Shown in pieces: positions 1-10,313 of a DNA stretch of 64,000 nt. The notes beneath the pieces were generated by a model. It did not search any database. It had not been told where the DNA came from and saw nothing but the letters and a program-made list of their open reading frames with translations. Where the stretch lies: positions 2,377-66,376 of the forward strand of contig JAWKSR010000003.1 of the NCBI GenBank assembly GCA_041389005.1, written 5' to 3'. The translations under genes and the position numbers were made by a program. Numbering within the stretch: position 1 is the first letter of the stretch; each line of letters opens with the position of its first letter. Origin of the DNA: Minisyncoccota bacterium (GTDB lineage Bacteria; Patescibacteriota; Minisyncoccia; Phycocordibacterales; UBA918).

Positions 1-316
1 TTGGGCAATCTATGGCGGGTTTGTAAACAGCGGGGGTACCTGGACCTATAGTTCTGGGCAAGACTCGATCCGTTCATTATTGGGTAAGAGTACTCCTTCC
101 AGTCCTTACAACAACCAAGACGCTTTTCTCGCGACCGCATTGTTATTGCGAGACAATGGTGCCAATGGCACGTACAGCAGTGATCGTCTGGCGGCACTCC
201 GGTACTACGCCGGATGGGGAGGCGCCAGCAATCCAGAGAACCAGTTTTATGGTGATAACGTCATGGCACGTAAACAACGACTCGAAGGTGAGATCAAGAT
301 CTTAAGCGGCGGGTAG
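1..316 (+). CDS. 3-prime fragment of an unknown protein, open from the window edge (ends ...YYAGWGGASNPENQFYGDNVMARKQRLEGEIKILSGG)
   Basis: Frame 2 is open from position 2 to the stop at 316. The start lies outside the window and no family was recognised. Confidence 0.35.
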   Translation, partial: WAIYGGFVNSGGTWTYSSGQDSIRSLLGKSTPSSPYNNQDAFLATALLLRDNGANGTYSSDRLAALRYYAGWGGASNPENQFYGDNVMARKQRLEGEIKILSGG

Positions 317-423
317 ATTACATACCGCAACGCAAAAATATAGGTGTAAATGGTTTAAGTTAGATATCCTGGGTATGATTGGTAGTGGAAGCTAAACTTC
401 ATCAAAAAACTGGAGGCATGAAC

Positions 424-666
424 ATGTCTAACAATGATGTAAAGCAGGCACCTACCTTTACGTTCGCTGGTTTTGTCACGGAACACACTGTCGGAGATCA
501 GAAATGCACGGCTGGTATGTGCGGAAACACCAACGGATATTTTGCTCACCAGTACCCAGAAACTTGCAGTTGTGGCGGATTAATTCACTGTAATGCAAGC
601 TTTGTTGGCTTCAACGACGCATATTGGGGTCCGGAATTGAAGTGTGATCGTTGTGGAAGGGGGTAA
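424..666 (+). CDS. small Cys-rich protein of about 80 aa (MSNNDVKQAPTF...CTAGMCGN...CSCGG...HCNAS...KCDRCGRG)
   Basis: GGAGG RBS at 413-417 sits 6 nt before the ATG at 424. The ORF has 9 Cys including CxxC-type pairs and is followed by a 12-bp perfect hairpin. Confidence 0.5.
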   Translation: MSNNDVKQAPTFTFAGFVTEHTVGDQKCTAGMCGNTNGYFAHQYPETCSCGGLIHCNASFVGFNDAYWGPELKCDRCGRG

Positions 667-688
667 TGACATAATGAGGCTACCATAT

Positions 689-720
689 CGACGTTGGCAA
701 AAAATAAATTGCCAACGTCG
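689..720 (+). terminator. 12-bp perfect stem-loop cgacgttggcaa/ttgccaacgtcg after the Cys-rich ORF
   Basis: Perfect inverted repeat read directly from the sequence. The T-tract after it is weak. Confidence 0.5.
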
Positions 721-746
721 AATTGTTATGCGTGCGGTTAATTTAC

Positions 747-774
747 TTGCGCTTTTGAGGGACTTTGGTATAGT
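747..774 (+). promoter_or_regulatory. sigma-70-type promoter for rpmE (-35 TTGCGC, extended -10 TGgTATAGT)
   Basis: The TTTGGTATAGTTCT motif recurs upstream of rpmF and at 31497. Spacing to the rpmE ATG is appropriate. Confidence 0.5.
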
Positions 775-795
775 TCTCACCACTAAAATCTATAT

Positions 796-1059
796 ATGAA
801 ATCAGACATTCATCCAGAAAATTATCGCTTGGTCATTTTCCACGACAACGGCAGTGGTGAGCGTTTTCTTATTGGCTCTACGGTTGAAATCGAGGGTCTG
901 AAACAGAAGAAGTGGGAGGACGGCAATGAGTATCCGGTGGTACGGGTTGATGTCTCAAGTGCTTCGCACCCATTTTATACTGGTCAGGAGAAGGTGATGG
1001 ACTCGGCTGGACGGGTGGAACGATTTAAAGCGCGCGCCTCGAAGAAAGGCAAGAAATAA
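796..1059 (+). CDS. rpmE: 50S ribosomal protein L31, type B (non-zinc form)
   Basis: [17 protein letters not shown]...[13 protein letters not shown] is the L31 signature. There is no CxxC pair, which is consistent with type B. Confidence 0.9.
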   Translation: MKSDIHPENYRLVIFHDNGSGERFLIGSTVEIEGLKQKKWEDGNEYPVVRVDVSSASHPFYTGQEKVMDSAGRVERFKARASKKGKK

Positions 1060-1140
1060 GCAATCTGCTGCTTCAGATTGCGGAAAAGGACCCTCCCTGG
1101 AGCATTCGTCCCAGTCGGGTCCTTTTCCTTATCTTCATTG
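1060..1140 (+). terminator. two consecutive stem-loops after rpmE (7-bp gcaatct/agattgc, then 10-bp aaaaggaccc/gggtcctttt)
   Basis: Inverted repeats read directly. The second is followed by a T-run. Confidence 0.6.
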
Positions 1141-1192
1141 CATCTTACTCATTTCTTGCCTTTCTTCAGTAATGATGTAGTACTATTCACAT

Positions 1193-2159
1193 ATGGAATT
1201 TGATTCTGAAAAATGTAGCCTCGTTCAAGAACATCCAAAACGCAATTCTTGGCGTCGCAGTTTGAAATGTACCAAGACAAACTGAAGGAAGCCCAACAGC
1301 TTGCCGCGAGCGATCCGGATATGGCCGAGTTGGCTCAGGAAGAAATTGCGACACTGGAGAACCAACTGACCGATCAGTTTGCTGAAATGGACCGCATTAT
1401 CGAGGCGTCTAAAGGAAGAGGTTCGTCCGTATGGTGTGATACTTGAGGTGCGGGCTGGTGCCGGAGGAGATGAAGCCGCTCTCTTTGCCCGAAAGAGTTG
1501 GCACTCGCATACCTGAAATACGCCGAACGACGGGTTGGCGCTACAACCAACAACGAATCACGAGCCTCGCAAGGTGGTTACAAAGAAGCCTCCTTTGAAG
1601 TATTAAGTTCAGATGTATTTGATGCTTGGCAATATGAAACCGGCGTACACCGAGTTCAGCGCGTACCAGTGACTGAGAAAGCGGGTCGTATTCATACATC
1701 AACCTGCTCAGTCGCAGTGTTGCCGATGCGCAAAAAACCAACTATTGAGATTAATCAGGGGGACATAGACATGGAATTTTCTCGAGCTGGTGGTGCTGGC
1801 GGGCAAAATGTGAACAAAGTGGAAACCGCCGTTCGGTTGATTCATCGTCCGACTGGTATTGACGTACGGTGCGAAAGTGAGCGGTCTCAGCTTAAGAACC
1901 GTGAAAAAGCCATGGCAATGCTCACTGCTAAACTCGAAATGCTCCATGAAGAGGAGGAAGCCAAAAAACACGCGGAAACACGCCGCAATCAGATTGGAAC
2001 TGGCGATCGTTCTGAGAAAATCCGTACTTACAACTTCCCTCAGAACCGCATCACTGACCATCGCATTAAAGGAACTGGCACAATATTGAAGGTGTGCTGG
2101 CTGGTGATTTTGATGACATCTTTGCCGCCCTTAAAGCTGCAGAAGCCTCTTTTGCTTGA
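1193..2159 (+). CDS. prfA: peptide chain release factor 1, interrupted by at least 3 frameshifts
   Basis: Homology runs [11 protein letters not shown] (frame 1), then [16 protein letters not shown] (frame 2), then YAERR...[20 protein letters not shown]...[23 protein letters not shown] (frame 1). The C-terminus [20 protein letters not shown] is in yet another frame. Confidence 0.85.
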
Positions 2160-2265
2160 AGGCACGGCTCCGAATACTGCCTGACCGACCGACTGTGCTA
2201 TTGCACGATATAACCAGTCATGGTACTATCTCGCCGCTATGCCCAAGGGCATTTTACTTATATTT

Positions 2266-3016
2266 ATGTCAACTACACAAAATAACCAAACTTTGATTGA
2301 CCGGCTGTTTTCAGCTGGTGCCCACTTTGGTTTCTCCAAAGTCGGCGTCATCCGTCCATGAAACCATTCCTATTTGGAAACAAACAAAGCACTGATATTT
2401 TGACCTTGAACGATCGGCTGAGCTACTGAAACTGCTAAGGCTGCTATTAACACCCTTGGGAGTGAAGGGAAGACCGTCTTGTTTGTTGGTACGAAAGAAG
2501 AGGCTAAAGTGTTAGTTAAGCGCTATGCTGAAGAAGCTGGTGCTCCATATGTAGTAAATCGCTGGATTGGCGGTATGCTCACTAACTTTAGTGAGATTAA
2601 AAAGCGTTTAGCACGTTTAGCAACACTGACTGAAGAAGGTGAGTCTGGTGAGTTGGAACGAAAATATACTAAAAAAGAACGTGTAGTAATCGGACGAGAG
2701 GCTGAGAAACTGATGTTCAATTTGGCGGTATTCGCATGCTTGAGAGTAACCAGACGCTTTGATAGTCGTTGACCCTCGTCATGATCAGATTGCAATTAAG
2801 GAAGCACAGGAACTTAAGTTGCCGATCTTTGCCATCATGAGCTCTGATAATGATGCGTCACAAGTCACGTATCCAGTGGTGGCTAATGATGCTTTGCAGG
2901 CCAGTGTTGATTTAATGCTTGGTGAATTAACCACTGCGTACACAACTGGCAAGGCTACGTATACCCCAAAGCCGACTCCACGTACTGGCGCTCGCCGCCG
3001 CCCCGCTCGTGAGTAG
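2266..3016 (+). CDS. rpsB: 30S ribosomal protein S2, multiple frameshifts
   Basis: AGAHFGF, MKPFLFG, VLFVGTKEEAKVLVKRYAEEAGAPYVVNRWIGGMLTNF and VVDPRHDQIAIKEAQELKLPIFAIMSSD match S2 but lie in different frames. Confidence 0.85.
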
Positions 3017-3060
3017 TTAGTACTCGTTTTAGAAATTGTATATATTAGACTTCTTTTACT

Positions 3061-3645
3061 ATGGAAATCTCATCAAGTCACATCAAAGAATTACGCGATA
3101 AGACTGGCATCTCAGTCATGCAGTGCAAAAAAGCCCTCGAAGAGGCAGAGGGAGATATGGATAAAGCGCTTATCATTCTTAAAAAGAAGCGCAGTGAAGC
3201 GGCTGATAAAAAAGCTGATCGTGAACTTGGGGCTGGTGTGGTAGGCACCTACACGCACAATACGAATGAAGTTGCGGCTATGGTGGTTTTGGCGTGTGAG
3301 ACAGACTTTGTCGCAAAAAATCCTGAGTTTGTTGAGTTAGCACGAGAAATTGCAATGCATGTAGCCGCCATGAATCCAGCGTACGTGAGCCGTGATGAAG
3401 TAGATGAAACTGCTATCGAGAAGGCTAAAGAAGTATTCACAGCAGAAATTGCCGATAAGCCAGCAGATATGCAGGAAAAGATCATGGAGGGTAAGTTGAG
3501 TGCGTATTTCAAAGACCAGATTCTTTTGGAGCAGCCATTTGTAAAGAATCCCGACAATACTATCGGTGAGATGGTAACGGGTGCAGTGCAAAAGTTTGGT
3601 GAAAACGTGACTATTGCCAAAGTAGAACGCCTTTCTATCAAGTAA
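3061..3645 (+). CDS. tsf: elongation factor Ts, short 194-aa form
   Basis: [34 protein letters not shown] is the UBA-like N-terminus and the ORF is intact. Confidence 0.9.
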   Translation: [194 protein letters not shown]

Positions 3646-3646
3646 G

Positions 3647-3680
3647 TAAAACGGGACGCGGACGTCCCGTTTTGCTTTTG
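3647..3680 (+). terminator. rho-independent terminator aaaacgggacg cgga cgtcccgtttt plus T-run
   Basis: Perfect hairpin followed by TTTTGCTTTTG. Confidence 0.75.
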
Positions 3681-3716
3681 TCTTTTTGGCACTTGGTTTA
3701 CAATACATTCTCGTGT

Positions 3717-4139
3717 ATGAGTAGTATCGTTATAACAGCGTTAGTCAGTGGTCTTAGCTTTCTATTGCTGGTAATCCTTTGTATCGCAGAAGCGCGACGC
3801 GGTCAGCGGATAATACTGCAACGTGTTCGTAGTTGGTTTGATAGTCTGGTACTCCGAGTTTTTTATTTTGTGACACATATTAAACTACACTTTGGAGCTG
3901 GCGCGGTCCGTATCTTCTTTCACTATTGTATTCATCGTCTGTTAGGAGCTTTCTTGACCGTGTTGGGGTGGCTGCAGACAGCCTTACGACATTTACAGCA
4001 GCAAAACCGTACGGTAGCGACAGTGGTACGAAAGGAGCAAGAACGTACCCATCTCGATGTTATTGCTGAACATAAGGTCAATGTGACTTTGACCGAAGCT
4101 GAAAAGGAACGTCTAAAGCAGCGTTCTTTAGGAGAATAG
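3717..4139 (+). CDS. hypothetical membrane protein
   Basis: The first Met after the tsf terminator opens a hydrophobic N-terminus (SIVITALVSGLSFLLLVILCIA). No family was recognised. Confidence 0.4.
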   Translation: MSSIVITALVSGLSFLLLVILCIAEARRGQRIILQRVRSWFDSLVLRVFYFVTHIKLHFGAGAVRIFFHYCIHRLLGAFLTVLGWLQTALRHLQQQNRTVATVVRKEQERTHLDVIAEHKVNVTLTEAEKERLKQRSLGE

Positions 4140-4185
4140 GGGTTGCAATAACGACCTATTTTGTTCATAATGCTCGCACTTTATT

Positions 4186-4259
4186 GCCACCTTAGCTCAG
4201 CTGGTTAGAGCAACGGTTTTGTAAACCGTAGGTCCTCGGTTCGAATCCGAGAGGTGGCT
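4186..4259 (+). tRNA. tRNA-Thr (anticodon UGU)
   Basis: Cloverleaf is GCCACCT acceptor, GCTCAGCTGGTTAGAGC D-arm, ACGGT-TTTGTAA-ACCGT anticodon arm, CTCGG-TTCGAAT-CCGAG T-arm and AGGTGGC acceptor 3-prime. CCA is not encoded. Confidence 0.85.
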
Positions 4260-4266
4260 CAGGGTA

Positions 4267-4293
4267 GAAAAAGCAGCTATCACGCTGCTTTTT
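4267..4293 (+). terminator. hairpin gaaaaagcagc tatcac gctgctttttc after the tRNA
   Basis: Perfect 11-bp stem with T-rich 3-prime side. Confidence 0.7.
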
Positions 4294-4567
4294 CTAGTGA
4301 GTAAACTTCTTTACTCACGTACCCTGAGTCAAACCGGAACGATGTGAGTTTACGGACGAGTGAGGTGGGGTCGCGAGAACTTAGTAAAATATGAGTTTGC
4401 GAACTATTTTACTTTAGTAACTCGTGACGCGAAGATTTTAAACAAATTACAACTTTGACAATATAAAGTCACTCTCCCGAGTGAGGTCACACTTTATGCC
4501 TGCCATACAGGTGGGATGTTAATTACTTTATTTTCTCCTTAAATAAGCGTATACTCGCCCTTAATAT

Positions 4568-6226
4568 ATGCAGGATAAATCATCTTCGTCCCACCTCGAC
4601 CTGTCTCGCTCTGCTCGTATCGGTCGTCCTTCGCAGGGCTCAGGAACAGAAGAAATGCGCCAAACGGCGCATTTGCTTCCATATGCCCGCCGGGAGGACT
4701 TCCAAGTCGGCAGGGCCACTGAATTATCCGGTAAGGACCGGCGTTTTTATCGCTTTTTGGAAATCCTTCCTGGTGTAGCCTCATGGGGGACACTGATTGG
4801 TGTGGTGCTCGCTTCAATCTACGCTCCATTTTTTGCTGCTTACTTTATCATCGCGTTTGCGATGTATTGGGTTCTTAAGACTGCCTTTCTCTCATACCAT
4901 CTGCGGTACAACTGGAAACGCTTGCGACACCACATGAGTATTGACTGGGGAGTGATGGCGGAGCGCTTCGAGTATGGCCACCTATATCAGGTAGTCATCT
5001 TGCCTTTTTATAATGAACCACGAGATGTGATTGAAGCGACGCTCGATTCATTGACTCGGGTGAAATACGATGCCAAGAGCATCATTGTTGTGTTGGCGGC
5101 TGAGGAGCGAGCTGGTGCATATGGAGTTGAGGTGGCAGAGGAGATGAAAAATAAGTATGGCAACACATTCGCTAATTTTTTAGTGACGGTGCACCCTGGA
5201 GATATAGCGGGAGAAGTAGCCGGAAAAGGGGCAAATGCAGCCTATGCCGCTGAGCAACTCCGGACCAAAGTGCTTGATCCACATGGTATTCGCTATAATC
5301 ACACGCTCGTATCCATTTTTGATATTGATACTGTCATTTACCCAGATTATTTCAACTGCTTGGTCTGGCATTTCATGACCGCTGAACGTCCACTTAAGAG
5401 TTCATTTCAGCCAGTTCCGATCTTCAACAACAATATGTGGGAAGCGGGACCCTTTGCCCGGGTGGTCGCAATGAGTAGTACGTTCTGGGAAATGGTACAG
5501 CAAGAGCGACCTGAGCGTATGGCAACATTCTCTTCACACTCAGTCAGTTTTCAAGCCCTCTATGAAGTTGGGTATTGGCAACGCAATATGGTCAGTGAGG
5601 ATTCTCGTATCTTTTGGAATCTACTTATTGCTAATGATGGTGAATATGATGTTATCCCACTTTCATATCCAGTCTCGATGGATGCTAACGTGGCGCCAAC
5701 CGTATGGGGGACTATCAAGAATATCTATAAACAACATCGGCGGTGGACGTATGGAGTAGAAAATTTTTGCTATGTTGTCTATCACTTTACGAAAAACAAA
5801 AATATCTCCCTACGCAAGCGAATCATAATTACACTCCAACAAGCAGAAGGATATTGGTCACTAGTCACTAATCCAATCATGCTCTTTATTCTCGGCTGGA
5901 TGCCAATTTTCTTCGGCGGACGAGTCTTCCATGAGACGGTGCTCTCATACAATCTGCCACTAGTGGTACGCAACCTGCTTATTTTAGCGATGTTTGGTTT
6001 GGTCATTTCATCAGTTATTTCTCTCACGCTGATACCAAAGCGTCCGGAAGGAAAGTCACGCCTGCATTATGTAGTGATGGCACTGCAATGGATCTTGGTG
6101 CCGGTTACCATGATCGTATTCAGCGCACTGCCTGGACTCGATGCGCAAACCCGCCTGATGCTCGGAAAATATATGGGCTTCTGGGTAACACCAAAGCATC
6201 GTAATGACCAAAAAGCTTCATCGTAA
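4568..6226 (+). CDS. family 2 glycosyltransferase with multiple TM segments (cellulose/chitin-synthase-like fold)
   Basis: VVILPFYNEPRDVIEATLDSL...IVVLAAEERAG is the GT2 core, with TM helices flanking it. TATACT sits 13 nt before the ATG. Confidence 0.7.
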   Translation: MQDKSSSSHLDLSRSARIGRPSQGSGTEEMRQTAHLLPYARREDFQVGRATELSGKDRRFYRFLEILPGVASWGTLIGVVLASIYAPFFAAYFIIAFAMYWVLKTAFLSYHLRYNWKRLRHHMSIDWGVMAERFEYGHLYQVVILPFYNEPRDVIEATLDSLTRVKYDAKSIIVVLAAEERAGAYGVEVAEEMKNKYGNTFANFLVTVHPGDIAGEVAGKGANAAYAAEQLRTKVLDPHGIRYNHTLVSIFDIDTVIYPDYFNCLVWHFMTAERPLKSSFQPVPIFNNNMWEAGPFARVVAMSSTFWEMVQQERPERMATFSSHSVSFQALYEVGYWQRNMVSEDSRIFWNLLIANDGEYDVIPLSYPVSMDANVAPTVWGTIKNIYKQHRRWTYGVENFCYVVYHFTKNKNISLRKRIIITLQQAEGYWSLVTNPIMLFILGWMPIFFGGRVFHETVLSYNLPLVVRNLLILAMFGLVISSVISLTLIPKRPEGKSRLHYVVMALQWILVPVTMIVFSALPGLDAQTRLMLGKYMGFWVTPKHRNDQKASS

Positions 6227-6261
6227 AGCGCTTTTATTTCTAGTGGTTTTTTGGTACCGTT

Positions 6262-7413
6262 GTGAAGATGACTGGAGAGCCTGATGTACAACCCCTCTCA
6301 AAACGACACCGTTCCGTGTTTTTTTATGCGCTGTTTGGACTTTTTATCCTTACCTTGCCACTCTTTATCCTCTACGCCATTGGCTACCGTTTTTCCTTCG
6401 ATGGCAGTACAACGTTTTTTAGTACGGGTGGTATCTATATTGCCGCTGATCGCACTGGAGCTGAAATCTATATAGACAATGAGTTGGTACGCGAGACGCG
6501 CACCTTCCGCCGGGCTTTTTACGCCCAGAGCATCGAACCAGGGACACACCGCGTGCATGTGCAGAAGCCAAACCACCACACCTGGGTAAAAGAGCTGCCT
6601 GTGTATCCACATCTGGTTACTGAGGCGCAAGCTTTCAATATGCCCCTGGTTCCGCAAGTACGGGTGATATCGCCATGGCGTACCCGTACTGGAGAGACTG
6701 TCTTAAGCGCCACCTCAAGTCTCTCAGCCTCTACCACCAATGATTTCGTCATTGCAACCAGTACTGCCACTTCTACCTTATTGCTTGACACTGAGTATGT
6801 CAGTTTGACAGCTTTGTTCGCAACCAGTACTGCCACCTCAAGTGCCAGCTTGTATGAGCGAGTGTCGTCCGTATTGTCTACCGGTAGCGCGGGGACTTCC
6901 ACTGCCACCTCAACAATCGCAGAGGCTACTACCACTAAAGAATTTCAAGGAGTGCGTTTGTATGAAGAAGCGGGAGTAGTGTACGCTCGTTTTGTCGGTT
7001 CTCGTGCTGATATGCCGTATTATTACTGTGCTGAAGACTACGAATTGCTCGGCACTAGTACCGTACCACTTTTGAGCCCTCCGATTGCACAAAGTGCTTC
7101 TGTCGTTGATGCAGAAACTGAAGATCTGCTCCTGCATCCGGTACAGCAAGTGGAAGACGACACAGCGTGTGATCCTACCATCATGATTAATACTGCTGGT
7201 CAGATAGCCCGCACCTTTGATTTTTATCCCAATAGCACCGACTTCGTCTTAGTAGCACTAGAAGATGGTATTTACGTGATCGAAATAGATGACCGTGGTT
7301 GGCAAAATAAACAACCGTTAGTCATGGGAGAGAATCTTGATGTGCGAGTTGAGGGTGGAAACGTATATGTATCTGACGGGACGTTATTGTATGCTGTGCA
7401 GTTAGAGACCTAA
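6262..7413 (+). CDS. membrane-anchored protein with a PEGA-like beta domain and a Ser/Thr-rich low-complexity region
   Basis: N-terminal TM helix (FFYALFGLFILTLPLFILYAIGY), IYIDNELV...PGTHRVHVQKPNHHTW (PEGA-like) and a TSTATS repeat stretch. Confidence 0.5.
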   Translation: MKMTGEPDVQPLSKRHRSVFFYALFGLFILTLPLFILYAIGYRFSFDGSTTFFSTGGIYIAADRTGAEIYIDNELVRETRTFRRAFYAQSIEPGTHRVHVQKPNHHTWVKELPVYPHLVTEAQAFNMPLVPQVRVISPWRTRTGETVLSATSSLSASTTNDFVIATSTATSTLLLDTEYVSLTALFATSTATSSASLYERVSSVLSTGSAGTSTATSTIAEATTTKEFQGVRLYEEAGVVYARFVGSRADMPYYYCAEDYELLGTSTVPLLSPPIAQSASVVDAETEDLLLHPVQQVEDDTACDPTIMINTAGQIARTFDFYPNSTDFVLVALEDGIYVIEIDDRGWQNKQPLVMGENLDVRVEGGNVYVSDGTLLYAVQLET

Positions 7414-7418
7414 ATAGT

Positions 7419-8150
7419 ATGAAAACAGACCAACGAATTGCTGGACACAAGCATCCACTGTCGCAGATGATCGCTGAAATCAACAGTATTTTTGCTGAGA
7501 TCGGTTTTGTGTTTGCTGCCGGTCCAGAAGCGGAAAGCGAACACTACAACTTTGACCAACTGAATTTTCCGAAAGACCACCCCGCGCGAGATATGCAGGA
7601 CACCTTTTGGTTTAAGGAAGAAGATACCAAAGAGTCTATGGTCTTACGTACGCACACCTCACCAGTGCAGGTACGATATCTAGAGGCACATAAACCACCA
7701 GCGCGGGTTATCGTACCAGGCAAGGTATTCCGCAACGAGGCTACCGATGCAACGCACGAAGCACAGTTCTACCAGCTAGAGGGTTTGTATGTTGATGAAG
7801 GAGTGAATCTTGGACATCTTAAAGGTACCATCGAGTATTTTTTCTCCCGTTTCTTTAGTGGTGATGTTGAGGTGCGATTTCGTCCCAGCTTCTTCCCATT
7901 CGTGGAGCCTGGTGTAGAAGTCGATATGATGCTTAAAGGCAGTGAGAGTAAACTGGCAAATAAGTGGATCGAGGTTATGGGCGCCGGCATGGTACATCCC
8001 AACGTATTGCGTGCCGCTGGAGTAGACCCAACAGTTTACTCGGGTTTTGCCTTTGGTATTGGTATCGATCGCCTCGGCGTGATGAAATACGGTTTTGATG
8101 ATATTCGCAACCTATATAACGGCGATCTTCGGTTTGTAAATCAGTTTTAA
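7419..8150 (+). CDS. pheS: phenylalanine-tRNA ligase alpha subunit, short 243-aa form
   Basis: The class II core motifs FRPSFFPFVEPGVEVD and GAGMVHPNVL...GFAFGIGIDRLGVMKYG are present. Confidence 0.9.
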   Translation: MKTDQRIAGHKHPLSQMIAEINSIFAEIGFVFAAGPEAESEHYNFDQLNFPKDHPARDMQDTFWFKEEDTKESMVLRTHTSPVQVRYLEAHKPPARVIVPGKVFRNEATDATHEAQFYQLEGLYVDEGVNLGHLKGTIEYFFSRFFSGDVEVRFRPSFFPFVEPGVEVDMMLKGSESKLANKWIEVMGAGMVHPNVLRAAGVDPTVYSGFAFGIGIDRLGVMKYGFDDIRNLYNGDLRFVNQF

Positions 8151-8154
8151 TGGT

Positions 8155-10086
8155 ATGAAAGTTTCCTACGATTGGCTTAAAGATTATTTAGGTGAACATG
8201 CTCCCAGTGCGGACGAGATTGCGGAGCTCTTAACGTTTCACTCTTTTGAGATTGAAGAGGTCGAAGCTGTGGCTGACGACACCGTGATTGATGTTGATGT
8301 CCTGCCAAACCGCTCAAGTGATTGCCTCTGCCACCGCGGTATTGCGCGAGAGGTTGCCACTATCACAAACACGCCACTGGAGCATGATCCGCTTGCCGCA
8401 GCACCAGAACTGGCTGGTACAGATAGTATTTCAGTAGATATCAAAGATACTGCCGCCTGCCCGCGTTTCACTGCGAGTGTAATTAGAGGAGTGAAGGTGG
8501 GAGAATCGCCTGAGTGGCTACAAAAGCGTCTTAAGGCTATCGGACAACGACCGATTAACAATATTGTTGACGCGACCAATTACGTTATGTTTACCATTGG
8601 TCAGCCACTTCATGCCTACGATGCAACGAAGTTTCCGCAGGTGGCAGGCACTTGGCAGTTTGTAGTGCGACCCGCAGAGGAAGGAGAAGTAGTAAGTCTT
8701 ATCGCGGAAGGCGGTAAAAACGAAGATCGTGATGTGGTCTGTAAAGCGGGGGAACTCTTGATAGTAGATGGAAGTTCCAACACAGCAATTGGTCTAGCGG
8801 GAGTAAAGGGTGGGCGGTTTGCTGGTGTTGATGAAAGTACGACCGATGTCATCATTGAAGCAGCTCACTTTCACCCAAATTTAACGCGCCAGACAGCACG
8901 GCGCCTGGGAATTGTGATCGGCGCCAGTAAGCGTTTTGAAAATGAGTGTTCTCGCGAGTTGCCGCTGTACGCGCAGCGCGACATCATCGATCTCATTATA
9001 GATATTGCTGGTGGAACATTTGAAGGAGTGATAGACACGTATCCAGTACCACAGGAGCAGGTAGAGGTCATGGTGCGCACCGAAGCGGTTAACCGACTGC
9101 TTGGACTCACTCTCACAGAAACAGAGATGATCGATCTCATTCAACGAACTGGCTCTACGGTGCGGGCTGAAGCTGGTGTACTGTATTGTACTGGTCCGTT
9201 TGAACGCACTGACTTGCTCATTGAAGAAGACTTTATCGAAGAAATTGGACGCATCTATGGGTACCAGCACGTTGCTTCGGTAGTGCCAGAAGCTACTGAA
9301 CTTACCGAGATAAACTCAGACCATTACTACAGTGAGATCGTCCGTGATGTCTTGATGCAAGAAGGGTTTTCTGAAGTCATCACATCATCGTTTCGAAAAA
9401 AAGATGTTATCCAACTACGCAATGCATTAGCAAGTGATAAGTCATATCTACGGAGTAGTTTGGTCAAAAATATCTCTGAAGCATTGGACAAAAATGCCGG
9501 TTTAACTGATCTTTTAGGAACAACTGATACCCGGGTGTTTGAGATTGGTACCGTGTTTGATAAAACCGCTGATGATGTTACTGAACATACAGCACTTTGT
9601 ATCGGAGCACGTCTGCGACCAAGTGGTTACTCAGGGAAGAAGACAAACTCATTGCTGATGTTTGCCAAAAATTGCTGCCGCACTTAACGTTACGATTGAT
9701 TGGAAAACTGACAAGGGAATTGCCGAAGCAGACTTTTCGCAAGTGATAGCGAGTCTACCGCAACCAACAGCATATCAGAAGACTGAAAAGTCTGTTGATG
9801 TGGTGTATCAACCTTTCTCCTCTACCCGCACATCAGTCGTGATATTGCCATGTGGGTAGATGAGGGCGTAACGGCAGCTGAGATAGAGAGTATACTTAAT
9901 GAACATGCCGGCTCACTACGAGTGCGCACTACCTTATTTGATGAGTTTAATAAAGACGGCAAGACCTCATTTGCCTTTCGATTGGTGTTTCAATCCAAAG
10001 AAAAAACGCTCACTGACGAAGAGATAAATACCGTTATGGACAGTATTTATAGAGCGGTTGAGGAAAAGAATTGGCAAGTGAGATAA
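8155..10086 (+). CDS. pheT: phenylalanine-tRNA ligase beta subunit, frameshifts near 9660-9860
   Basis: MKVSYDWLKDYL, the B3/4 and B5 regions and the C-terminal FDEF...KTSFAFRLVFQS are all present, but the C-terminal third is split over three frames. Confidence 0.85.
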
Positions 10087-10087
10087 A

Positions 10088-10124
10088 AATAAGCCACTTT
10101 AGGTCAAGGTGGCTTATTTTTTGT
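10088..10124 (+). terminator. terminator aataagccac...gtggcttatt plus TTTTTTG
   Basis: Perfect hairpin immediately after the pheT stop. Confidence 0.75.
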
Positions 10125-10233
10125 TTGTCTACCATGCCACAAAGTCAATAAACATGCAATATGTCGCTTAGATAAGCCGTTTTTGGTATAATTAAATGAA
10201 ACAGGAAGCGAAGCGACCATGGTGAATTTATGT

Positions 10234-10264
10234 CCGAATTCGCCTCTGTCCTAAGGCGAATTCC
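10234..10264 (+). promoter_or_regulatory. inverted repeat ccgaattcgcc (N10) ggcgaattcc in the gyrB leader
   Basis: A 10/11-bp stem lies 50 nt upstream of the gyrB start. Function is unknown. Confidence 0.3.
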
Positions 10265-10313
10265 TGGACAAACCAAGATTAATTTATCGATAAATAGAGC
10301 TTTTAAATTATCC

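Noticed and set aside
4539-4829. 96-aa minus-strand ORF overlapping the GT2 gene start
   Set aside because: It overlaps the better-supported plus-strand GT2 ORF and the promoter region, and has no RBS.
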